A stretch of DNA of 64,000 nt. It comes from Nanobdellota archaeon (GTDB lineage Archaea > Nanobdellota > Nanobdellia > JAAOXT01). Positions 18,438 through 29,073 of this stretch are shown here, one piece after another. Numbering within the stretch: position 1 is the first letter of the stretch; each line of letters starts with the position of its first letter. The stretch covers positions 6,356 to 70,355 of the forward strand of contig JAAOXT010000017.1 of the NCBI GenBank assembly GCA_018221045.1. The letters run 5' to 3'. A model generated the notes under the pieces. The model saw only the letters and a program-made list of their open reading frames with translations, made no database searches and was not told the origin of the DNA. Position numbers and translations under genes: made by a program.

Positions 18438-19037
18438 CTAACGTGATTTATCCCATTCCTCTCTTGGAGTGATAATAGAATTTGTCGTCCCGTTCCACTC
18501 CTCAACATGCCCCCGCTTATCAACTAGGACGAGGTAACCACCTGTTAAGGAATGGTATTCGCTTACAAGAATCATTAACGCTCTCCTGAACTCGGTTGCC
18601 ACCCACCTTATTTTTCGTTCACCTTCATCCAATCTCTCGAACATTTTTTGGTCAGGTCGCTTTAGTTTAACCAACTTGCCAGCCAATTCCAAAAACTTTT
18701 TCATAAAATCTTTTTCCACCAAAGGCAATAAAAACGTGGACACAGGGTCTTTCATCAACTGTTTTTTCTTCATTTTTTTCTTATAAAAATCTTTTATTCT
18801 CTTCACGTCAATCGTTATGCCTTCAGCGAGTTCTGGTTCCAACGCGCCATGTCCCAATAAATCCCTGACGTAAGATATGTTTTGAAGGAACGCTCCTATC
18901 CCATCGCAAAAAAAGGTTTTTGAGTGCAATAATCTTTTCTTCAGTTCTTTAACCTTTTTTTTTTGCTCTCCTGTCAGTTTTCTTTTCTCTTCTCTAGTGA
19001 AATCCGGCACGCTTTTTTTCCTGCTAAACCAAGCCAT
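18438..19037 (-). CDS. hypothetical helical protein (paralog of the next gene)
   Basis: Shares LKKR..K.F, IK.FY, VA.EF and DK.G with 19043-19519. Confidence 0.65.
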   Translation of the reverse strand: MAWFSRKKSVPDFTREEKRKLTGEQKKKVKELKKRLLHSKTFFCDGIGAFLQNISYVRDLLGHGALEPELAEGITIDVKRIKDFYKKKMKKKQLMKDPVSTFLLPLVEKDFMKKFLELAGKLVKLKRPDQKMFERLDEGERKIRWVATEFRRALMILVSEYHSLTGGYLVLVDKRGHVEEWNGTTNSIITPREEWDKSR

Positions 19038-19042
19038 TTTTT

Positions 19043-19519
19043 TTACTCCTTTTTCTCATTTTTTTCAGATGGATAATTATGCTTTTTTCCTTCTTTATCA
19101 ATTATTATCACTCTTTCACGTTTCTTGTTAAAATACTGCTCCGCCAGTTTTTTAAAGTTCACGCCAAATTCTTCGGCAACTTCACACATCTCTTCGTACA
19201 ATTCTTTTATTCGGTCCGAGTTATCCAGTTTGTTATTGATTATGAGTTCGAATTGCTCTATGAATTCTGGTAAGTTTTTTTTGACTACACTAAGACATTT
19301 TAGTGATTCGTCCTTGCTAAGATCCTTTTCCTTTATTCTCTCGTAGAACACCTTAATGTTTTCAACAACTTTTTTAGTTTCTTCAGCAAATGTTTCGTTG
19401 CCTTCCAAATAAAGTTCGGCTGACGTGTACACCATTTCCAATTCGCTGGTGAAACCTTTGTAATAAAATTTTTTTAACTTGTTTATCCTTTTCTTAAGCT
19501 TATCCCCAAACAATATCAT
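19043..19519 (-). CDS. hypothetical helical protein (paralog of the previous gene)
   Basis: 158-aa ORF in tandem with 18438-19037. Confidence 0.65.
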   Translation of the reverse strand: MILFGDKLKKRINKLKKFYYKGFTSELEMVYTSAELYLEGNETFAEETKKVVENIKVFYERIKEKDLSKDESLKCLSVVKKNLPEFIEQFELIINNKLDNSDRIKELYEEMCEVAEEFGVNFKKLAEQYFNKKRERVIIIDKEGKKHNYPSEKNEKKE

Positions 19520-19548
19520 GAATATTGTAAAGGTTCAGCGTTATTTAT

Positions 19549-21300
19549 TTACTTTACTGTGACGCTCTTAGCAAGGTTTCTCGGGAAATCCGGGTTGTTC
19601 CCGCGAAGAATTGACGTGTAATAGGAAAGCAATTGGAATATTATCGTAAATATTAAAGGATAAAGTTCTGGTAAGGTTTTAGGGACTTTAAGGAATTCAT
19701 CGAAGACTTCGTGCTTCTCATCCCCAAACCCTATCAAGTACCCCCCTCTGGCCTTAACCTCTTGTGCTCCGCTGATTGTTTCGTGAAAGAACTCGTTTTT
19801 CGGTGCGAAAACCATGACTGGAACCCCTTTTTCTATTAATGCGAGCGTGCCGTGCTTGAGCTCGCCGGCAGGCATTCCCTCTGCGTGGATATAAGATATT
19901 TCTTTCAGTTTAAGCGCTGCTTCAAGCGCTGTAGGATAGTTCAAACCCTTGCCAAGGAAGTAAACATCATTAGCATTCCTTATTTTTTCAGCAATTCTCC
20001 TGATCAACCCTTCTTTTTTGAGCATTTCTTCCAACTTATTTGAAAGAGTGATTAACTCGTCCTTGAGTTCAGGCATTGCCATTAAGTAAAGCACTGCGAG
20101 CTGCCCTGTAAAAGCTTTGGTTGACGCCACGCCTATCTCAGGTCCTGCGTAAATGTAAATCGTGTCATCGCTTATCCTGGTTAGCGTTGAACCAGGTCCA
20201 TTGATTATTGAGAAAACCTTCGCCCCATTTTTTTTTGATTCTCTAACAGCTTCTATAAGGTCTGCGGTTTCCCCTGACTGAGATATCGCAACGACCACTG
20301 TATCATCATCCACCATATTGATAATGTTTTTGTACTCGCTTGCTATAACGCACTCAGAGCCAATCCCTTTTCTGGCTAAGAGTTGTTTGCCAATCATTGA
20401 CGCATGGTAAGACGTGCCTGCAGCTATGAAGTAAACTCTTCTGGCTTGTTTTATTTCACGCAAAGTATTGTTAAGTTTCTGCATGTTTTGGTTCAACGCT
20501 TGGCGCAAAGTAGTTGGTTGTTCAAAAATTTCTTTCAGCATGAAATGCGGGAAACCCGTTTTCTCTGCTTGCTCAACATTCCAGTCTATGCGCTGAATTT
20601 GTTTAACCTCTTCTCTGCAGGTTTCAAGGTTGTAAATGCTTATCGCGTCTTTGGTTATCACTGCCACGTCATGATTCTTTAGGAACACCGCTTTTCTGGA
20701 GTGTTTCAGGAATGCTGGAACGTCAGAAGCTATAAAGTTCTCTCCTTCACCCACGCCTATGACGAGTGGACTGTCTTTACGAACAGCTATTATCTTGTCA
20801 GGCTCGCCCGCGTAAAGAGCTAGCAATGCAAAAGAACCCTTAAGCTCTCCCACTGACTTGATAACAGAATCATAAAAAGTGTTTCCTAAATCCAGATATT
20901 TTTCTATGAGGTGCGCAACCACTTCTGAATCCGTATCTGACTTAAAACCGTGGCCCAATCTTTTTAATTGATCTTTAAGTTCTAAAAAATTTTCTATTAT
21001 CCCATTGTGGACTATAACCACTTTTCCAGTGCAGTCGAAATGCGGGTGAGAGTTATCGTCAGTTACTCCTCCATGAGTAGCCCATCTCGTATGAGCTATC
21101 CCTACGTTCCCTTTAAGCTCTTGAAAATCAAGCCTATCGTTAACGAGGTCCACTCTGCCGATTCCTTTTCGGGCTCGCAATTCTTTATCAAAAACGGCCA
21201 TGCCTACGGAATCATAACCTCTATACTCCAGTTTCCGTAAAGAATCAAGCATTACTGAAGAAGCTTTCTTGCTTCCGATGTATCCAATTATCCCGCACAT
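19549..21300 (-). CDS. glmS: glutamine-fructose-6-phosphate transaminase
   Basis: MCGIIG, HTRWATHG, SQSGET, C-terminal PRNLAKSVTVK. Confidence 0.98.
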   Translation of the reverse strand: MCGIIGYIGSKKASSVMLDSLRKLEYRGYDSVGMAVFDKELRARKGIGRVDLVNDRLDFQELKGNVGIAHTRWATHGGVTDDNSHPHFDCTGKVVIVHNGIIENFLELKDQLKRLGHGFKSDTDSEVVAHLIEKYLDLGNTFYDSVIKSVGELKGSFALLALYAGEPDKIIAVRKDSPLVIGVGEGENFIASDVPAFLKHSRKAVFLKNHDVAVITKDAISIYNLETCREEVKQIQRIDWNVEQAEKTGFPHFMLKEIFEQPTTLRQALNQNMQKLNNTLREIKQARRVYFIAAGTSYHASMIGKQLLARKGIGSECVIASEYKNIINMVDDDTVVVAISQSGETADLIEAVRESKKNGAKVFSIINGPGSTLTRISDDTIYIYAGPEIGVASTKAFTGQLAVLYLMAMPELKDELITLSNKLEEMLKKEGLIRRIAEKIRNANDVYFLGKGLNYPTALEAALKLKEISYIHAEGMPAGELKHGTLALIEKGVPVMVFAPKNEFFHETISGAQEVKARGGYLIGFGDEKHEVFDEFLKVPKTLPELYPLIFTIIFQLLSYYTSILRGNNPDFPRNLAKSVTVK

Positions 21301-21467
21301 TATCGTATTAACTGGTTTTAGAACTTTTAAAAGCTTAATTCATAAAACTCTTGTAATGGTACCAGATAATTCTTGAAAAAATGGCTAAAAAACCGATTTT
21401 TAAACCATTTTTCGTATAACCATTATAAAAAACTATATAAACGTTAAGAAATACTGTTTTTTTTGTT

Positions 21468-22409
21468 ATGAAGCTGTTGTTTGAAGAGGGCGAAAAATTG
21501 TTCGTTAAAGACATAAAGATTTTTGACGATCCTGAAACCATCAAGCCTTTATTGAATAGTGTTAGGTGGAGGATTCTCGGCATGCTCGCTGAAAAACCCA
21601 TGTACCCTGGAGAATTAGCCAAAACAATGAAAATGCATGAACAAAAGGTTTACTATCATGTTAAACAATTGAGCAACGCGGGTCTTATCACGATTGTTAA
21701 GAAAAAAGAGTTTAAAGGAGCTTTAGCAAAGTATTATCAGACAAGTTTTCCCGCTTTTGGAGTCCAACTTCCTTTTGGCAAGAAGAGGCTGTCCAACGTT
21801 TTCTTGAATAAGGAGAACGAGAAGTTATCCAATTTTTTCCGTTCTTTCATCAAGGACGATGAGTTGAACGCTAAGATTGTTGTTGGTTCGCCCGATCCTC
21901 ACGGCCCTTTCAAAGCTCATGCTAGGGATGGGCATTACGCTATTGACTTGGCAATGTTCTTAGGACAATTATGTAAGTTGCCCAAAGATTTTAGCGTGAA
22001 ATTAGACGTGGACCTCATTGCTGAAAAAGAGGAGAAAAATAATTTGATAGTGGTTGGAGGTCCTGTGACCAACCGCGTTACAGCCATGCTTAACGACTAT
22101 TTGCCTGTCAAGTTTGTTGGTAAGGATTGGGCTTGGGGTATTCAAACAAGCAAAGGAGATATTCGCAGAGAAGATAAAGCTGGTTTTATCACTCGCGTCA
22201 AAAACCCTTGGGATGAGTCGAAGCGCGTTATAGTCATTGCTGGAAACAGGGTTATCGGGACTAAGAGCGCGGTTATTGGCCTAACCCGAAATTATGATAG
22301 GGTATTGCGCAATTTTGACAAACAAGACTCGTGGTCTTGCGTGGTTGAAGGTTTTGACATGTCTGGCAACGGTAAAGTTGACACTGTTGAAGTCCTGGAG
22401 GCCGGGTGA
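21468..22409 (+). CDS. ArsR-like HTH regulator fused to a C-terminal domain resembling S-layer C-terminal domains
   Basis: RWRILGML..MYPGELAK..QKVYYHVKQL; NLIVVGGPVTN. Confidence 0.8.
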   Translation: MKLLFEEGEKLFVKDIKIFDDPETIKPLLNSVRWRILGMLAEKPMYPGELAKTMKMHEQKVYYHVKQLSNAGLITIVKKKEFKGALAKYYQTSFPAFGVQLPFGKKRLSNVFLNKENEKLSNFFRSFIKDDELNAKIVVGSPDPHGPFKAHARDGHYAIDLAMFLGQLCKLPKDFSVKLDVDLIAEKEEKNNLIVVGGPVTNRVTAMLNDYLPVKFVGKDWAWGIQTSKGDIRREDKAGFITRVKNPWDESKRVIVIAGNRVIGTKSAVIGLTRNYDRVLRNFDKQDSWSCVVEGFDMSGNGKVDTVEVLEAG

Positions 22410-23426
22410 ATGAGGATTTTTTACGCTGATAAGAAGCGAGGCGCAAAAGTCAAGATTGACAACTTAGATGATTTATGGTACGTGTTCCAAATAGTGGACA
22501 AAGGAGATTTGGTTGGCGGGGAAACCACTCGAAGCGTTAGAAAGCATGAGTTGCAGGACGCCAAGCGAATAAAGCTTTTCGTAAAAATTGAGGTGGAGAA
22601 AGTTGATTTTGAGCAATTCTCCCCAACCCTCCGGGTTAGTGGAAAAATCCTTGTTGGCCCTGAAGACATTAGCAGGGGCCACCATTCCCTGCGCGTGGGC
22701 AAGGGCTCGCTGATAACCATTGAAAAAAACGAGTGGGATGACTTTCAGGTAGAAATTCTTAAGCGAGCCGAAAGAGAGTCTAAAAAACCTCAAGTTTTGA
22801 TCTGTGCTTTTGAGGTGGGCAAAGCCAGTTTTGGCGTGATGACCAGCCAAGGACTTAAAAAAGCAGGAGAGTTCCGCGAACCAATTTCTCGAAGAGAGAA
22901 AAATTATGAGAAAAAGAAAGAGCAGTTTTACAAGGATTTGTGGAAAAAAACCGTTGAAGTAATGGATGGGTTGAGTGTTGAAAAAGTGATTATGGCTGGA
23001 ACTGGTTTCAACTCGGATAACATGATAGACATCGTTAAGCCTAAAGCTTACTTTGATAAGGTGAACGATTCTGATTGGAAGGGGGTGCTGGAAGTGCTTA
23101 GGAGGGGAACCATCAAAAAAGTTGTTGCTTCTTCTCGCTTGGAATTGGAAGAGTCATTGATCAAAAATTTTTTGGAGCACTTAGAGAAGGATGATGGGCT
23201 CAGCGTTTACGGCTTGAAAGAAGTGCGTGAAGCTGGTGGCGCGGGGGCGGTGAAAGAACTATTGGTGATGGACGGAAAAGTGCATGACACTGACATTAAA
23301 TCCTTGATTAAACTAGTGGAGAAGGGTAAGGGTAAAGTTCACATTTTTTCCTCTAACTCCGAATCGGGCGATAACTTGAAAGGTTTTGGCGGAGTGGCTG
23401 GCGTTCTCAGATACAATTATAAATAA
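22410..23426 (+). CDS. pelA: pelota, ribosome rescue factor
   Basis: DDLWY, TTR, LRVSGKI, HHSL, C-terminal L.GFGGVAGVLRY. Confidence 0.93.
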   Translation: MRIFYADKKRGAKVKIDNLDDLWYVFQIVDKGDLVGGETTRSVRKHELQDAKRIKLFVKIEVEKVDFEQFSPTLRVSGKILVGPEDISRGHHSLRVGKGSLITIEKNEWDDFQVEILKRAERESKKPQVLICAFEVGKASFGVMTSQGLKKAGEFREPISRREKNYEKKKEQFYKDLWKKTVEVMDGLSVEKVIMAGTGFNSDNMIDIVKPKAYFDKVNDSDWKGVLEVLRRGTIKKVVASSRLELEESLIKNFLEHLEKDDGLSVYGLKEVREAGGAGAVKELLVMDGKVHDTDIKSLIKLVEKGKGKVHIFSSNSESGDNLKGFGGVAGVLRYNYK

Positions 23427-23447
23427 TGTTTTCTAAAGGTATTGTTC

Positions 23448-23708
23448 ATGGTTGACCTTAAAGTTGATTATGATAGAAAGTCTTCCAGACTAGAACTCTT
23501 CGTAAGAATTGTTTACAGCATAATACTGTCAATAATTCTTGGGTTGTGGGGTTTCGTTGCAGGAATTTTGATGACGGTGCAATGGTTAGTGATTCTCGTT
23601 ACTGGTGAAAGAGACAAATGGCTGCACGACCACATTGATAGCTATTTGCAGTTCTTGTTCAAATCCAATATTTACTTGAGCCTGCTATCAGATGAAAGAC
23701 CTTTATAA
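23448..23708 (+). CDS. DUF4389-like small membrane protein
   Basis: SRLELFVR, QWLVILVTG.R, YLSLLSDERP. Confidence 0.75.
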   Translation: MVDLKVDYDRKSSRLELFVRIVYSIILSIILGLWGFVAGILMTVQWLVILVTGERDKWLHDHIDSYLQFLFKSNIYLSLLSDERPL

Positions 23709-23860
23709 ACTAACAATTTTTTTTAATTGTTTTTCTAGTTCTGTTAGCGTTTAGTCTCTTTTCTTCGCGAGAACCGCGCGTGCACAGCAAAAATAAAGAA
23801 TTTAAATTAAAAGTGCTCAAGCATAAACTTTAAAAAAAGAGTTTGTTCATATTTTCTTTT

Positions 23861-24154
23861 ATGGTAAGAATATCAAAAGACCTTGCAGTTGCTTGCAAGA
23901 TATTTGAAATAACTGAGAGAGGGGAACGAGCAGACTTTAATAAGATTTGCAGTGAATTAGAAGGAATCATTAGTAAAAAAGAAATTCCTGCAACATTAGT
24001 AAGTCTTAAGGACTGGCAGATAATGGAAAAATTGCCAGGCGAGCAAGCCGGAAAAACCATGATATTCTACTCTATTAAAAGCTGTTCAGTCAATATGATT
24101 GAAGAAACTTACAGCATGATTGGTGGAAAAATCACTTCTAGTGTTGTTTCTTAA
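23861..24154 (+). CDS. small winged-helix-like hypothetical protein
   Basis: VACKIFE, FNKICSELEGIISK...L.DW.I pattern. Confidence 0.55.
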   Translation: MVRISKDLAVACKIFEITERGERADFNKICSELEGIISKKEIPATLVSLKDWQIMEKLPGEQAGKTMIFYSIKSCSVNMIEETYSMIGGKITSSVVS

Positions 24155-24195
24155 TCTTATTCTTTGTTAAACTTTTTATACGCGCGTTTCCAATA

Positions 24196-25416
24196 ATGTT
24201 ATTCATGCAATTATTGTTAGTGATTCTTGATGGGTTGGGAGACTTGCCTATCAAAAATTTTGGCGGAAAAACCCCGCTGGAAGCTGCGCGCACACCGTTC
24301 ATGGACTCGTTCGCAGATAAAGGTGAGACTGGGCTAATGTTTTCTATGGGTAGAGGCGTCACTCCTACGAGCGGGCAGGCCTTCACGAACATGATGGGGT
24401 ACGACGTGAAAACCTCTAGGGGGGCTGCAGAAACCCTTGGAATAGGGGTTTTATTAAAAGATAATGAAGTGGGTTTTAGAACGGATTTCGGGCACTGCCA
24501 AAAAGGGATTGTTAAGGACAGGAGGGCTGGCAGGATAAACGAAGTTGAAGCGGAAAAACTGGGTAAAGAATTGAACCAAAAAATTGGGGTTGTCAACGGG
24601 GTTGAAGTAGTTTTCAAACAAACTCTCGCGCACCGCGGAATCCTAATTCTTCACAGTGACAAAAAGTTGTCCGCGAACGTCTCCAACACGGACCCTCACA
24701 TGCCTGGCAGAAAACTCAAGACTTGCAAGTCGTTAGATAAATCGCGAGAAGCCGGGTTCACTGCAAGAACCGTTAACCTCGTCTCAAGAAAGGCGTCAAA
24801 AATTTTGGAGAAATCAGTGGTCAACGCTGAAAGAAAGAAAAAAGGTTTGATGACCGCGAACTGCTTGCTATTAAGAGGTGCTGGTTCAAAACTTCCTGAC
24901 GTGAAATCCCTACCAATAAAATACAAGAAGTTCTGGGCAGCCATTGTCAGAGAGCCCGTGGAAAGAGGTATCGCTCACTACCTTGGAATGAACGTTGTCG
25001 ACGTGAGCAGTCCTGAACGCGACGTGAAATCAGACCTTATCGAAAAACTCCGCGGGTTAAAGCACAACATGGACGAGTATGACTGCGTGGTAGTGCACAT
25101 CAAAGGGCCTGACGAGCCAGGGCATGACGGTGACCCTGAAAGAAAGAAGAAAGCGATTGAACTCGTTGACAAAGTGTTCTTCAAAAACGTTGCAGAATGG
25201 TTTGACCCTAAAGAAACGTTGCTGTGCGTGACGAGTGATCACAGCACGCCTTGCTCTAAGAAAGCTCACTCCGCGGACCCAGTGCCTTTGTTATTGTACG
25301 GTAAGGGCGCGAAAAAGGACGGGGTAAAAGCGTTCAGCGAAAAGCAAGCGAGAAAAGGAAGTGTTGGAGTGATAAACGGGTTGGACTTGATGCCTTTGCT
25401 GATGAAGAGAATTTAG
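24196..25416 (+). CDS. apgM: 2,3-bisphosphoglycerate-independent phosphoglycerate mutase (archaeal type)
   Basis: ILDGLGD, TPLEAARTP, HIKGPDEPGHDG, SDHSTP, HSADPVP. Confidence 0.93.
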   Translation: MLFMQLLLVILDGLGDLPIKNFGGKTPLEAARTPFMDSFADKGETGLMFSMGRGVTPTSGQAFTNMMGYDVKTSRGAAETLGIGVLLKDNEVGFRTDFGHCQKGIVKDRRAGRINEVEAEKLGKELNQKIGVVNGVEVVFKQTLAHRGILILHSDKKLSANVSNTDPHMPGRKLKTCKSLDKSREAGFTARTVNLVSRKASKILEKSVVNAERKKKGLMTANCLLLRGAGSKLPDVKSLPIKYKKFWAAIVREPVERGIAHYLGMNVVDVSSPERDVKSDLIEKLRGLKHNMDEYDCVVVHIKGPDEPGHDGDPERKKKAIELVDKVFFKNVAEWFDPKETLLCVTSDHSTPCSKKAHSADPVPLLLYGKGAKKDGVKAFSEKQARKGSVGVINGLDLMPLLMKRI

Positions 25417-27716
25417 CGCTTTTTCTTCTTCAATTCTTTTTCTATCTTGGCCACCCTCAACATTGTTTCTATGGCTACGTCAGGGTTCACTGATATGGAG
25501 TCAATTCCCCAGTTAACCAGCCATTCCACGTATTCGGGGAAGTCTGATGGTGCCTGGCCGCAAATACCGACTTGTTTGTAAGGCTTGTGAGCGTGCGCCT
25601 TCTTTATTAATTGGCGGATCAATTCTTTGACCGCTGGGTCTCGCTCATCAAACTCTTTTATGAGTTGCTCGCTGTCCCTGTCAATACCAAGAGTGAGCTG
25701 GGTGAGGTCGTTTGAACCAATGCTGAAGCCGTCGAAGTGTTTGGCGAACTCGTGTGCTGAAATAATGTTCGACGGTATTTCCGCCATCACGTACACTTCC
25801 AATCCTTTCCTGCCTCGCTCAAGTCCTTCGCTTTCCATTATTTTAAGCACTGAAGTCGCTTCTTTTATCGTCCTGCAGAATGGAATCATTACTTTAACGT
25901 TAGTGAGCTTCATGTTTTCTCTAACCTTTTTTATTGCTCTTAGTTCAAGCCTGAAGGCGGGCTCGAATTCAGGGCTGGTGTACCTGGAAGCTCCTCGCCA
26001 GCCAAGCATGGGATTATCCTCAACAGGCTCGTACTCTTCTCCTCCTTCAAGTCCGCGGTACTCGTTCGTCTTGAAATCACTGAACCTGACGATGACTGGC
26101 CTCGGGTAGAACCCGGCAGCGATTCTGGCGATGCCTCTTGCGAGTTGGTCAATGAAGAATTGTGACTTACCCTGCTTTATCAAGTGCAGGGGGTGTTGTC
26201 CTATGAAGCTTTGAATGATGAATTCTTCTCTGGCCAGTCCGACCCCGTCCACGGGTAGTTGTCCGATGTCGAAAGCCATGTCTGGTTCTCCGAGATTTAT
26301 CATGACTTTGGTTTTGGTTTTCGGAATTTTTTTAACATTAACTTTTTTTATCGTGAAGTCCAGTTTTCCTTTCCAAATCTTTCCTTCTTGTTTTGTGCAG
26401 TCCACCGTGACTTCCATTCCTGTTTTGAGTTTTTTGGTCGCGTTGCCGGTCCCGACTATGGCGGGAACACCTATTTCTCTGCTGACAATGGCTGCGTGCG
26501 CCGTCCTGCCTCCTTCGTTAGTGATTATGGCTGACGCTTTTTTCATGATTGGCTCCCAGTCCGGGTCGGTCATGACTGTGACCAGGATTTCTCCTTGTTG
26601 AAAAGAGTGGATTTTCTTGACGTTGTTAATAACTTTTACCTTGCCTGTCGCGATTTTCCGTCCAATGCTCATCCCGTTGACCAAGACTTTGCTTTTTTGT
26701 TTGAGCTTGTACGTTTTCAGCACGGCTTTTTTCTGGCTTTGAACTGTTTCGGGCCGGGCTTGAACAATGTATAATTTGTTGGTGAGCCCGTCTTTCGCCC
26801 ATTCCAAGTCCATTGGTCGCTTGTAATGTTTTTCAACTGTTCCAGAATACTTGGCTATTTCCAGTATCTCTTCGTTCGTGAGCACGAAAACATTTCTTTT
26901 AGCCTCGCTTACCTTTTTTCTTTTCACGCCTTTTCTACCGTAAACCTCCATTAGTTTCTTAGAGCCCATGATTTTATCTATTATGGTCATTGTGGGCTTG
27001 AACACGACGTACTCGTCTGGCGTGACTACTCCCTGCACGACGTAATCGCCTAGACCCCATGAAGCGTTGATTATTATGACTTTATCGTAACCGCTGTCCG
27101 GGTCAATGGTGAAACTTACTCCTGCGCTTGCAAGGTCGCTGCGAACCATCCTTTGCACTGCAACGCTCAAGTAAACTTTGAAATGGTCGAATCCTTTGTC
27201 CTGACGATATGAAATGGCGCGGTTCGTGAAGAGTGATGCGAAACAGTCCTTAACCTTTTTCAGCAAGTTTTTGTTTCCCTTCACGTTGAGGAATGATTCT
27301 TGCTGTCCTGCAAAACTCGCGGTCGGAAGGTCTTCTGCTGTTGCGGAACTCCTCACCGCGACGCTCATGTTTTCGCCGAGCATTTTGTAGTTGGCAAGAA
27401 TTTCTTTTTCCAAGTCTTTAGGAATCTTGGCTTTGCGAACCGCTTTTCTTATGCTGGCCCCGACACTCATTAGTTGTTTGATGTCGTGGGTGTCAAGGTC
27501 TTTGAGTTTTTCGTAAATGAATTCGTGCAGTCCTGCTTTGTCTATGAAATATTTGTAAGCTTGAGCAGTGATTGAGAATCCTTCTGGAATGGGAACCTTG
27601 GTTTTTTGAATCATTTCCCCTATGCTCGCGTTCTTTCCCCCGACTAAAGGAACGTCTTCAATGTCTGTTTCGTGGAACCATAGAATGAAAGATTTTTTTC
27701 TACCGGGCATCATCAT
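25413..27716 (-). CDS. ppsA: phosphoenolpyruvate synthase
   Basis: GGKNAS, RSSATAED, GGRTAHAAI phospho-His loop, FSIGSNDLTQ. Confidence 0.98.
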   Translation of the reverse strand: MMMPGRKKSFILWFHETDIEDVPLVGGKNASIGEMIQKTKVPIPEGFSITAQAYKYFIDKAGLHEFIYEKLKDLDTHDIKQLMSVGASIRKAVRKAKIPKDLEKEILANYKMLGENMSVAVRSSATAEDLPTASFAGQQESFLNVKGNKNLLKKVKDCFASLFTNRAISYRQDKGFDHFKVYLSVAVQRMVRSDLASAGVSFTIDPDSGYDKVIIINASWGLGDYVVQGVVTPDEYVVFKPTMTIIDKIMGSKKLMEVYGRKGVKRKKVSEAKRNVFVLTNEEILEIAKYSGTVEKHYKRPMDLEWAKDGLTNKLYIVQARPETVQSQKKAVLKTYKLKQKSKVLVNGMSIGRKIATGKVKVINNVKKIHSFQQGEILVTVMTDPDWEPIMKKASAIITNEGGRTAHAAIVSREIGVPAIVGTGNATKKLKTGMEVTVDCTKQEGKIWKGKLDFTIKKVNVKKIPKTKTKVMINLGEPDMAFDIGQLPVDGVGLAREEFIIQSFIGQHPLHLIKQGKSQFFIDQLARGIARIAAGFYPRPVIVRFSDFKTNEYRGLEGGEEYEPVEDNPMLGWRGASRYTSPEFEPAFRLELRAIKKVRENMKLTNVKVMIPFCRTIKEATSVLKIMESEGLERGRKGLEVYVMAEIPSNIISAHEFAKHFDGFSIGSNDLTQLTLGIDRDSEQLIKEFDERDPAVKELIRQLIKKAHAHKPYKQVGICGQAPSDFPEYVEWLVNWGIDSISVNPDVAIETMLRVAKIEKELKKKKR

Positions 27717-27733
27717 TATTCAGTGCTTAATCA

Positions 27734-28960
27734 TTAAATATTTTTGCTCTTAATTTCTTGTTCTATGCGCATCAGCTCGTTAAGCTTCTCCACTCTTTCG
27801 CCGCCACTAATCCCCACTTTGATGTGAGGGATTTGATAAGCCACTGCGAGGTCCGCTATCATAGGGTCAACGGATTCTTGGGAACGATGAGAAATTATTG
27901 GAGTCATCTTGTTTTTTTTCAGTTTTTCGATGAATTCTAGTGTTTTGAAAAAGTATCCGACCTGGTTCGGCTTGACTATTGCCGAGTTACAGCTCTTTTT
28001 TTTAATCGCGATTTCAAGTCTTTTCGTGCTGGTTACTAGCAGGTCGTCCCCGCACACCAAGCATTTCTTTCTTAGCTTCTTGTTCAGTTCTGCGAATCCT
28101 TCGAAGTCTTCTTCGTGCAAAGGGTCTTCCACGTAGAAAAGCTTGTAATCCTTTACCAGAGACCTTACTACGTCTATTTGCTCCTCCTTACCGACTCGTT
28201 TGCGGGTTATCGGGTGCCTATACGCGTAGTGTTTGCCGTTCCACAGTTCGCTGGCAGCGAAATCTATGCCCAGCCGAAACTTGACTCCTGTCCTGCCCGT
28301 CGCTTTTTTGCAAACCGTTTCCAGTATCTCGAATGGCGTGGTGTTATCTGTGTTCGCCGTCCAAGCTCCTTCCAACCCTTCTCCTCTTGAGAATCCTTTA
28401 ACTTTTCTGGAAAGTTCTTCTTTTGCAAGGTCGTGAACCAAGACCAAGGCGTCCACTGCTTGCTGGAAAGATTTGTAATCATAAGGGTTAACAAGGTATT
28501 CTTGAATGTCTGGAGACTTTCCTCCTGAATGCGCTCCGCCGCCAATAATGTTGGCTAGTTGGCTTGGAATCTTTTTGGGTTTAGGGTTGAGAAGTTTCCA
28601 CACCCCTACTCGTTTATGGTTGGCTAAAACTCTTATCATTGCGTAAGATATTGCGAGAATGGTGTTTCCTCCAAGGGATTTTTCCATCAACCCCATTTTT
28701 TTTTCCAGTCTTTCAACGTCTTTTAAAGAGTTCAAGGATGAATCAATTATTTGGGTAAAGAGTTTGTTGAGTCGCGTGTTCACTTCTCTGACGCTTGCTT
28801 TCACGCTTTTCGGGAACGCTTTGACTTCATGTTTTCCCACGCTGGTGCCTGTTGGGACTGAGGCTTTGCCGAACGACTTGTCTGTTTTAACAGTTACTTC
28901 AATGGTTGGCCTGCCTGTTGAAGTTATTATGCGGTTAGCGTAAATCCCTTTTATTTTCAC
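27734..28960 (-). CDS. eno: enolase
   Basis: VPTGTSVG..E, DIQEY, VEDP, GDDL, KPNQVG, SHRS. Confidence 0.93.
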   Translation of the reverse strand: MKIKGIYANRIITSTGRPTIEVTVKTDKSFGKASVPTGTSVGKHEVKAFPKSVKASVREVNTRLNKLFTQIIDSSLNSLKDVERLEKKMGLMEKSLGGNTILAISYAMIRVLANHKRVGVWKLLNPKPKKIPSQLANIIGGGAHSGGKSPDIQEYLVNPYDYKSFQQAVDALVLVHDLAKEELSRKVKGFSRGEGLEGAWTANTDNTTPFEILETVCKKATGRTGVKFRLGIDFAASELWNGKHYAYRHPITRKRVGKEEQIDVVRSLVKDYKLFYVEDPLHEEDFEGFAELNKKLRKKCLVCGDDLLVTSTKRLEIAIKKKSCNSAIVKPNQVGYFFKTLEFIEKLKKNKMTPIISHRSQESVDPMIADLAVAYQIPHIKVGISGGERVEKLNELMRIEQEIKSKNI

Positions 28961-29073
28961 GATGAATATTTTTATTGATAGGTTATAATATATGTTTTCC
29001 CGAGCTCAAAGTTTTTGATGTAAAATAAGAATAATTAATTAAATGGATGATTTGTCAATTTAATGACCATTAA

